Below are positions 15,744-22,565 of a stretch of DNA of 37,693 nt, in pieces; position 1 is the first letter of the stretch; each line of letters opens with the position of its first letter. The translations under genes were made by a program, and so were the position numbers. Under the pieces are notes generated by a model that saw nothing but the letters and a program-made list of their open reading frames with translations, made no database searches and had not been told where the DNA came from. Origin of the DNA: a virus (taxonomy: Duplodnaviria; Caudoviricetes); IMG/VR virus record IMGVR_UViG_3300049139_000136, positions 1-37,693 of that record. One strand, given 5' to 3'.

Positions 15744-17750
15744 ATGGGCAGCAAGACCGCAAGAACATCGAACGCCCAACTGGCGATCGAGGGCGGCGTG
15801 GTGACAGACAACGTGCTGGCACGGCAGGTCGCCAAGGGCGTGGCTTCGGCGGCGCCTCACACCGTGCCGTGGGTCCTCGCCGCGGGGATGATCCCCGTGG
15901 GCGCGGCCACTCACGCCTGGTGGGGCGCCCCCGTGGCGCTGCCGTGGGCGTCGGCTGGCCTCGCGCTGAGCGGCGCCGCGGTGAGCGGCGTTGCGTGGGC
16001 GGTGTCCCGCTACCGCAAGCACGTGCTCGGCCGCGTGCAGACCACGGCCACGGCGGTGGTGGCGTCCGGGTGGCTGCTCGCGGCCACGATCACGGGCCCC
16101 ACCTCGCGGCCCACGCTCGACATCGGGATGTGGCTCGGCGGCACGCTCGCGGCGTGCTGGAACGTCCGCAACGTGGTGCGCTTGGCGGCCGATCCCGACG
16201 AGACGACGCTGACGCCGGCGGCGGGCCCGGGCGCGCTGTTCAAGCAGCTGATCAAGGGCACGGCCGAGGCTTCCGGGGTGGAGATCGAGACCATCCGCAA
16301 CGTCAAGGTGGCCCCGGGGAAGGTCTCAGGCACGGTGGAGGGCGTCACGGCCGATGACCTCCAGGGCGCGGCCCCTGCCATGGAGAAGCAGGGGCGGATG
16401 CCCATGGGGAGCATCACAGTCACGCCGAACCGGCATGACGCGGGCGCCCCCACGGTCACCGTGTCGAACCCCCTGGCGCTGGAGAACTCCGTCCCCCACC
16501 CTGGCCCGTCCGCCGTGGGGGCGAGCGTGGCCCGTCCGCTGCGGGTCGCCATGTTCCAGAACATGGAGCCGTGTGGGCTGGAGATCGTCGGCTCCCACCT
16601 CCAGATCATGGGCATGACCGGCGCGGCCAAGACCACGGCGGGGGCGTGGGGGATCTGGGGCGAGTTCGTCACCCGCAAGGACGGCGCCCTGATCGTGGTG
16701 GACATCACCAAGAAGGAACAGACCGTGAGACCGGCCAGGACCGCGCTGCACGGTGCGGTGACGGAGGTGAGCACGGCCCGGAAGTTCTTCAAGGAGTGGC
16801 TGCCCGCGTGGGCGGAAGAGAGGCTTGCCCTGATGGGCGAGCGCGGCATGATCGCGTGGGAAGAGCGTTCGGGCCTGTCTTACCTCCTGGTCTCGATCGA
16901 GGAGGCGGCCGACGTGTTCGAGCACATCGACATGGTGGAGTTCGTCAACCTCGCGCGCATGCTGCGCAGCGCGGGCGGCGGCTTCCTGTGGTCGCTCCAG
17001 CGCGCCGACTCCAGCCAGATGCCGACCATCGTCAAGGGCCAGGGCGGCGGGAAGGTTTGCTTCGGCGTCGAGTCCGCCCACGACGCCGGATGGGGCCTGA
17101 CAGACGAGCAGGAGAAAGCGGGGGCGAAGCCCCAGCAGTGGCGCGCGACCCAGCCCGGCATGGCCTACGCGGACGCCAACGGGGTCCCGCGCGAGCGGAT
17201 CGCCATGCCGATGCGCTGGTACGACTGGGGCGCCACCAACGCCGAGCGGGTGGCCAACTTCCGGGCGCACTGCGAGCGCTACCCGGCGTCGGCCCGCCCG
17301 GTCGACCCGATCACGGCCAAGCTGCTGGCCAAGATGGCGCCCACCCCCTCGGCCGGCGGGGGCGCGGCCGATGTGGCGCCGTCGGCGGACACGGAGGAAA
17401 CCAACGTGAACAGCGAATACCTGCCCCCGAACCCCGAGCTTGACGAGCACGACGCGAGCAACCCGGTGAACCCGGACGCTGATCTGCCGGACGTGGCCGA
17501 GATCCCGCTGGGCAAACCGGCGGCGAGCAAACCCACGCCCGAGCAGGCGCGCGACGCGCTCGACCGGGAGCTGGGCAAGCATGCCGGCGGCGAGTGGTTC
17601 GCGCCGAAGGACCTCGGCGCGGTCCTGACTGCGACCGGCCTCGGCCGCGGGTGGCTTCAGAAGCAGCTCAAAGCCCGGGTTGCGTCGGGCGTGCTGGAGC
17701 ACGACGACGACGCCGGACGCTACCGGGTGCGGGTACTACAGCACGCCTAA
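15744..17750 (+). CDS. traB: TraB conjugative DNA translocase (FtsK/SpoIIIE family)
   Basis: N-terminal TM helices; GMTGAAKT Walker A, VSIEEAAD Walker B, RSAG, LQRA; acidic linker; C-terminal winged helix (RGWLQKQL...GRYRV). Confidence 0.88.
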   Translation: MGSKTARTSNAQLAIEGGVVTDNVLARQVAKGVASAAPHTVPWVLAAGMIPVGAATHAWWGAPVALPWASAGLALSGAAVSGVAWAVSRYRKHVLGRVQTTATAVVASGWLLAATITGPTSRPTLDIGMWLGGTLAACWNVRNVVRLAADPDETTLTPAAGPGALFKQLIKGTAEASGVEIETIRNVKVAPGKVSGTVEGVTADDLQGAAPAMEKQGRMPMGSITVTPNRHDAGAPTVTVSNPLALENSVPHPGPSAVGASVARPLRVAMFQNMEPCGLEIVGSHLQIMGMTGAAKTTAGAWGIWGEFVTRKDGALIVVDITKKEQTVRPARTALHGAVTEVSTARKFFKEWLPAWAEERLALMGERGMIAWEERSGLSYLLVSIEEAADVFEHIDMVEFVNLARMLRSAGGGFLWSLQRADSSQMPTIVKGQGGGKVCFGVESAHDAGWGLTDEQEKAGAKPQQWRATQPGMAYADANGVPRERIAMPMRWYDWGATNAERVANFRAHCERYPASARPVDPITAKLLAKMAPTPSAGGGAADVAPSADTEETNVNSEYLPPNPELDEHDASNPVNPDADLPDVAEIPLGKPAASKPTPEQARDALDRELGKHAGGEWFAPKDLGAVLTATGLGRGWLQKQLKARVASGVLEHDDDAGRYRVRVLQHA

Positions 17751-17761
17751 CCTCAAGATCA

Positions 17762-17978
17762 TCCGGGGTCGGGTGTGCGCCCGCCCGATCCCGGAGCGGC
17801 GAGCGTGACACCTCACGGGGTGTCACAGCGGGCCGTAACAGCACGGGATTACTGGTCAGAGCGTCGTGACACCCCGTGACACCCCCCCGTGACACCCCCC
17901 GTGACACCTGGCGTGACACCCCCTGTGACACCCGTGACACCTCCCGCGTGACACCCGTGACACCCCGCCGGCGACACG
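17762..17978 (+). repeat. clt-like cis-acting locus of transfer (GTGACACC repeats)
   Basis: 10 perfect direct GTGACACC, 1 inverted and 1 degenerate copy, plus a hairpin at 17762-17794, directly after the traB stop. Confidence 0.85.
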
Positions 17979-18055
17979 GCCGGTTGCGACCGAAATACCG
18001 AAAGATGATCAGTTCGGGGAGTAACGTCCCCCGGCAGACGATAGGAAGGTAGATC

Positions 18056-18928
18056 ATGACGAGCGCCGCAATAACCGCCGATCAGGTGGCCGAGGCCGAG
18101 CAACGGGCGGAGCAGGCCCAGCGTGGGCGGGGGGTATGGGTCGCGGTCATGCTGCTCACCATCCTCGTATCGCTCGGGCTGAACATCGCGCACCCTTTCG
18201 TCTATGAGCCCGAGCCCGTCCCGAACATGCCGCTGAGCGATGGCGGCCGCACCCTGCTCGGGCTGCTCTCGGGTCTCCTGCCGGTCACGATGCAGGCGTT
18301 CATGTCTCATGCGATCTTTACCGACGCCCCTGGCGGGGTGAGGTTCATCGTTCTGATGATCTTCATTGTCGGTATGGGGATGTCGATCTCTCATCAGTAC
18401 CAGTTGTTTCTACCGGCGGTAGGAGAGCTAAACGCGATGGGCACGGTTGCCGTGATCGACGTTCCGGCGTTGACCGCGCTGTTCATGATCGAGCGGGGGA
18501 ACCGTGCTCGGCGAGCGGCTGAGCGAGCGGCGGCCGAGCGGGCCGAGGCCGAGCGCGAGCGGCAAGCGGCCGAGGCGGCGCGCGTCGAGCGTCTCCAGGC
18601 GACCGAGCGCCGGCGGGCCGAGGAGGACCGGGCGCGGGCCGAGCGTGAGGCCCAACGGCAGGCTGAACGCGAGCGCGCCGAGCAGGAGAAAGCCATCGCT
18701 GAGCAGGCAAAACGCGGCGATCTCACCGCGGAGCAGAAGCGTGCGATCATCCGCGCCGCCTACCAGGCAGACCCAACCATCAACGCCCCCGCAGCCAAGG
18801 CCGCGGTGGAGGGGAAGGGCGGGACGATCAGCGATCAGCGTGCCCGCGCGGTGCTCGCCGACGTCCGCGCCGAGGCGGCCGAGGGGCTGTCGAACGTGCG
18901 CCCGCTCCGCTCGACCGCCACGGGCTGA
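18056..18928 (+). CDS. SpdB2-like spread protein: multi-TM, coiled coil, C-terminal HTH-like domain
   Basis: About four hydrophobic segments, E/R/A-rich heptad region, LTAEQKRAIIR...ISDQRARAVL; AGGAAGG RBS. Confidence 0.65.
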   Translation: MTSAAITADQVAEAEQRAEQAQRGRGVWVAVMLLTILVSLGLNIAHPFVYEPEPVPNMPLSDGGRTLLGLLSGLLPVTMQAFMSHAIFTDAPGGVRFIVLMIFIVGMGMSISHQYQLFLPAVGELNAMGTVAVIDVPALTALFMIERGNRARRAAERAAAERAEAERERQAAEAARVERLQATERRRAEEDRARAEREAQRQAERERAEQEKAIAEQAKRGDLTAEQKRAIIRAAYQADPTINAPAAKAAVEGKGGTISDQRARAVLADVRAEAAEGLSNVRPLRSTATG

Positions 18929-19222
18929 CCGCTCGTCAGGCGCTCGCCGAGGCGCTCGCTGACCGCTCGTCAGGCGCTTGCCGAGGCGCTCGCTGACCGC
19001 TCGTCAGGCGCTTGCCGAGGCGCTCGAGGACCGCTCGTCAGGCGCTTGCCGAGGCGCTCGAGGACCGCTCGTCAGGCGCTTGCCGAGGCGCTCGAGGACC
19101 GCTCGTCAGGCGCTTGCCGAGGCGCTCGAGGACCGCTCGTCAGGCGCTCGCCGAGGCGCTCGAGGACCGCTCGTCAGGCGCTCGCCGAGGCGCTCGCCGA
19201 CCGCTCGTCAGGCGCTCGCCGA
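18927..19222. repeat. 34-bp tandem array, 8 full units plus a 24-bp partial unit
   Basis: Unit GACCGCTCGTCAGGCGCT(C/T)GCCGAGGCGCTCG(CT/AG/CC) starting at 18927, 18961, 18995, 19029, 19063, 19097, 19131, 19165, 19199. Confidence 0.97.
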
Positions 19223-19227
19223 ACGCA

Positions 19228-19279
19228 GAAACGGCGCCCGCCGTGCCCCGTAGGAGGAGGGCACGGCGGGCGCCGTTTC
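19228..19279. terminator. Likely bidirectional terminator between transfer and lysis modules
   Basis: Perfect 21-bp arms, 10-nt loop. Confidence 0.8.
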
Positions 19280-19327
19280 GCGTCTGAGGGCCCTGCCGGG
19301 TGAGGGAGCGGCAGGGCCCGGTCTGGG

Positions 19328-19597
19328 TTACCGGCGGGCGGTCGTGGTGGTGAACCCGGCGGTAGAGGGGTCGCCCCCGGAACCGGCCACCACGGAAGCC
19401 AGGAGGCTGAGGACCGCGGCCATCCCGGCGAGCGATCCGGCCGTGCCCCAGTCGGCGTCAAGGATGCCGATCTGGTTTGCTCCCAGGGTGGCCAACGCCA
19501 CCTCAGCGGCGGTGCGGATACCGCGCTCGGCCGCGTCCGCCCAGAACGCGCCAGTGAGCAGGCGCCGGCGGGGAGCCGGTGACAGGTTGTAGGACAT
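19328..19597 (-). CDS. Holin (r1t-like)
   Basis: FWADAAERGIRTAAEVALATLG...DW...AAVLSLLASVV; follows endolysin. Confidence 0.88.
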   Translation of the reverse strand: MSYNLSPAPRRRLLTGAFWADAAERGIRTAAEVALATLGANQIGILDADWGTAGSLAGMAAVLSLLASVVAGSGGDPSTAGFTTTTARR

Positions 19598-19613
19598 GGG
19601 GGATCTCCTCGGG

Positions 19614-20429
19614 TCAGGCGGCGGGAGCCGCAGGATCGGGGACGTCCAGGCGCACCTGGATGCCTTCTATCGCCTGCTCGATGCGCGAGACGAGCGCCTC
19701 GACGTCGAGCACCTCGCCCGGCTGCATGGCGGCGATGGCCGCGGACAGCTCCAGGATCACCGCGCCCTGGGCGTCCAACTTCGCCTCCTGCCTGCGCAGG
19801 ATTTCGACGATCGAGCGGCCCAGCTTGTTCGACTCGACCAGCAGGCTCTTGGCCTGCCACTCGGGGTTTTCCTTCGAGCCCCACGGCACGGGGATTTCGT
19901 ACTTCCACAGGTCCTTGGCGGTCGGCATGTCGTCGTCCTCCCCCTCGATAAGCGCGCCCGAGGTGATCAACCGGTAGTTGCGGTCACCTGGGCACGTGGT
20001 GTTGATGAAGTCGCGGTGACCTTTCACCGCTCGGCCCACGCCGTGCTTGGCCATGAGCCACGAGCGCAGCTCACGGAACGCCCGGATCTGCTCGGCGGTC
20101 GGGTCCTCGGCCGGCCCGCCCATGAACGTCACCGAGTAGTAGGTTGCGTTGCCGCCCGGTTGGGCGGCCTGCTCGCGGCCGAGGCCGCGGCCCTCCAGGA
20201 TCACGCCGTGCGGGCAGCACGCCCAGGAATAGCCGATGTCCAGCCACCCGCGGGAGGGCCCGACATGGAACGCCCTGGTGGTACGCCAGTACGCCAGGCA
20301 CGCGCCGTGGGGCTTGGAGGCAAGCCCCTGATTCGACCCGTCGTAGTGCACCACCAGGCCCTTAGTCGGCCTGGCTGGCGCCGCGTCGGTCGCTGACCAG
20401 CCCAGCTCAGCGCGCGTCGTGATGTTCAT
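19614..20429 (-). CDS. Endolysin, N-acetylmuramoyl-L-alanine amidase (PGRP-like)
   Basis: LVVHY, RGWLDIGYS, ILEGRG, GHRDFINTTCPG. Confidence 0.9.
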   Translation of the reverse strand: MNITTRAELGWSATDAAPARPTKGLVVHYDGSNQGLASKPHGACLAYWRTTRAFHVGPSRGWLDIGYSWACCPHGVILEGRGLGREQAAQPGGNATYYSVTFMGGPAEDPTAEQIRAFRELRSWLMAKHGVGRAVKGHRDFINTTCPGDRNYRLITSGALIEGEDDDMPTAKDLWKYEIPVPWGSKENPEWQAKSLLVESNKLGRSIVEILRRQEAKLDAQGAVILELSAAIAAMQPGEVLDVEALVSRIEQAIEGIQVRLDVPDPAAPAA

Positions 20430-20737
20430 GGGGCGTCCTCCTCGCTCGATGTGACGGGCACCAAGCCCGCGGCCCGCACTTGGCGGGTGAGTGCGCTCAC
20501 CTGGCGCTGGAGATGGCCAACCTGGGCGGTCAGCCGGCCGATCTCGCCCTGCATGAGTGTCAGCGCCGCGTCGTACGACTCGCGTGCGCGCTTGTAGGCG
20601 TCGGCCTCGACCTGCCGCAGCCCCACGGACTCGGCGGCCAGGGCGCCGCGCCGCGCCGTACGCGCGGTGACGATCGCGGCGCCGATGCTGGCGAGCACGC
20701 CGAGAGCAGCCACCAGGACCGCGGTTACGTCCATCAC
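20426..20737 (-). CDS. TM plus coiled-coil lysis-cassette protein
   Basis: N-terminal TM, C-terminal heptads; coupled to endolysin. Confidence 0.65.
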   Translation of the reverse strand: MMDVTAVLVAALGVLASIGAAIVTARTARRGALAAESVGLRQVEADAYKRARESYDAALTLMQGEIGRLTAQVGHLQRQVSALTRQVRAAGLVPVTSSEEDAP

Positions 20738-21171
20738 ACCCCCCGATCACGCCGCGCCGCTTCTGGCCAGCCGGCGATGACTTGGCAGAACGCGGCGAAC
20801 GCGAGCCAGATCGCCCCGCCCACAAACGCGCGCGTGCTGATCTCGCCGAGCAGCAGCCCTGCCACGTGCAGGACCGCCATTCCGGCGCTGAGCGCGGAGG
20901 TCACAGCGAACGCGGCCCGCGCCTCGGCGTGGAACGCCTGGACCGTGCAGAGCGCCGCTGCGACGCCCCAGGGCACCGACCAGACCCACAGGGGTAGGAG
21001 GGCGCCCAGGAACGCATTCGCGCCCCCGGGGGCAGGCTCCACACACACCAGAGACGTGGCGTAGGAGGTCTCCAGCATCGCGAAGAACAGCAGCGCGCAT
21101 CCTCGGCGGCCGATCCGCTGGCGGAGCCTGATCGTGAGCGGGTCTACGTCCCGCTCGTGGGCGCCGCTCAT
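20734..21171 (-). CDS. Four-TM membrane protein in lysis cassette
   Basis: IGRRGCALLFFA...; hydrophobic segments; coupled overlaps. Confidence 0.65.
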   Translation of the reverse strand: MSGAHERDVDPLTIRLRQRIGRRGCALLFFAMLETSYATSLVCVEPAPGGANAFLGALLPLWVWSVPWGVAAALCTVQAFHAEARAAFAVTSALSAGMAVLHVAGLLLGEISTRAFVGGAIWLAFAAFCQVIAGWPEAARRDRGV

Positions 21172-21629
21172 GGCATCGGGATCACGATGAGATCCCGCGC
21201 GGCGATGTCCGCCGTGTCGGGATCGGTGCCTGGCGTGGCCAGGAACATCGTGCGGATGTAGTAGCGGCGGCCCGGAGTCAGGTCCTCCAGCAGGGACACG
21301 CGGGTGCCGTATTGGAATTCTGTGTCCTGGGCCACCGACAAGTAGCCGCGGAACGTCACCGAGGGCGCCAACACCTCCTCGCCGCCGCTGTCCTCCAGGA
21401 ACACCTGAGGCGCCAGAAAGATGCGGTCGATGCTCCCGCCGTTGTCGCGGAACCCCCCGCCGAGGCTGAGCCGCACCACGCCGGACGGCGGCGCCACGAA
21501 GAACACCCCGCACTCGGGATCGCCCTGCCCGCCGGCGTAGCCGGTGTTCGTGATGTTGGCCTGGGTGGTGTCCTCGGCGTGCGATCCGGTGGGCAGCGAG
21601 TTGCGCACGTAGTCGCCGGCCGCGCTCAT
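21168..21629 (-). CDS. Minor tail / putative receptor-binding protein, one domain
   Basis: Homologous to both halves of the upstream gene (FVAPPSGVV, LTPGRRYYIR). Confidence 0.65.
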   Translation of the reverse strand: MSAAGDYVRNSLPTGSHAEDTTQANITNTGYAGGQGDPECGVFFVAPPSGVVRLSLGGGFRDNGGSIDRIFLAPQVFLEDSGGEEVLAPSVTFRGYLSVAQDTEFQYGTRVSLLEDLTPGRRYYIRTMFLATPGTDPDTADIAARDLIVIPMP

Positions 21630-22555
21630 GGCAGGCTCGCCACGATGATCTCGCGGCACGAGATGTCGGCCGAGCTGGAGCCGCTGTCGCCCGTGGCCAC
21701 CGCGTACTGGACCACGGCGTAGTACACCTGGCCCGGGGTGAGCCCTTCCAGGACGCTTTCCCTGCTGCCGTAGTGGGGGCCTACTGAGCAGTTGTCGGAC
21801 CCGAACCCGCGGCTTGTGACGGACGGCGAGAGCACCACGGCGCCCGAGCTGTCGGTCTCCTGGACCTTGGGCGACAGGAAAATCCGGTCGGCGCCGGCGG
21901 ACTGGCCGAGCCCTCCACCGACGACCAGCAGCACGCGTCCGCTGGTGGGCGCCATGAACGTCACGGAGACCTCGGGGCTCCCGGTGGCGTAGCTGGAGTT
22001 GCTCGGGTTGCTGATCGCGGTGGCGTCCTGGGCCCACACGGCGGGCGGGTAGTCGAGCGCCCGGACCGGCCGGCCCGCGGCCGAGGACCCGAGCGGCGTG
22101 GGTGTCACCACCACCTCGCGCACGGCGATGTTCGCCGTACCGGCGCCGGTCGCCCGGTGCATGGTGCGCACGAAGTACGGCGCGCCCGCGGTCAGGCCCG
22201 TGAGCAGCGTGGTGCGCGATCGGTGGGCGTTGGCGGTGGCCTGCCCGGGAACGGCGCACCCGCGCAGCACCTCGGTTGTGGTGTTGGCGGCCAGCACCAC
22301 CGCGCCGGACACGTCGGTCTCGCGCACCTCGGGCGTGACCAGGACGCGCTGCCCACCCGCGAGGCCGGACCCGCCGAGCCCCACCGACACGAGCACGGCG
22401 CCGCTGGTGGGCGCCGTGAACGTCGCCGACACCTCGGGCGATCCCGCGGCGTAGGTGGTGTTGGGGACGGGGTTGATCGCGGTCGCGTCGGACCCCCACA
22501 CCGCGCTCGGGCGGTCGCCGGCGGATATCGGCGAGCCCACCAGGATGTCAGGCAT
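21626..22555 (-). CDS. Minor tail / putative receptor-binding protein with internal duplication
   Basis: Two repeats of AVW..DATAI...GSPEVS.TF.APTSG...GLT.G..Y. Confidence 0.7.
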   Translation of the reverse strand: MPDILVGSPISAGDRPSAVWGSDATAINPVPNTTYAAGSPEVSATFTAPTSGAVLVSVGLGGSGLAGGQRVLVTPEVRETDVSGAVVLAANTTTEVLRGCAVPGQATANAHRSRTTLLTGLTAGAPYFVRTMHRATGAGTANIAVREVVVTPTPLGSSAAGRPVRALDYPPAVWAQDATAISNPSNSSYATGSPEVSVTFMAPTSGRVLLVVGGGLGQSAGADRIFLSPKVQETDSSGAVVLSPSVTSRGFGSDNCSVGPHYGSRESVLEGLTPGQVYYAVVQYAVATGDSGSSSADISCREIIVASLP

Positions 22556-22565
22556 TGGTGCCTCC

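Noticed and set aside
15744-17750. Chromosomal FtsK or T4SS coupling protein
   Set aside because: No relaxase or T4SS genes; the traA and 8-bp repeat context fits TraB
17805-17978. CRISPR-like or coding repeat (ORF 17668-18057 minus)
   Set aside because: 8-bp repeats with 1-6-bp gaps in the cluster; position after traB fits clt; the antisense ORF merely translates the repeat
18927-19222. CRISPR array
   Set aside because: Units are head-to-tail with no unique spacers, and no cas genes are present
18978-19303. Three repetitive ORFs over the tandem array
   Set aside because: Artefacts of a 34-bp period cycling through frames; no RBS
21168-22555. Diversity-generating retroelement template/variable repeats
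   Set aside because: No reverse transcriptase in the window; similarity is at protein level, not adenine-specific
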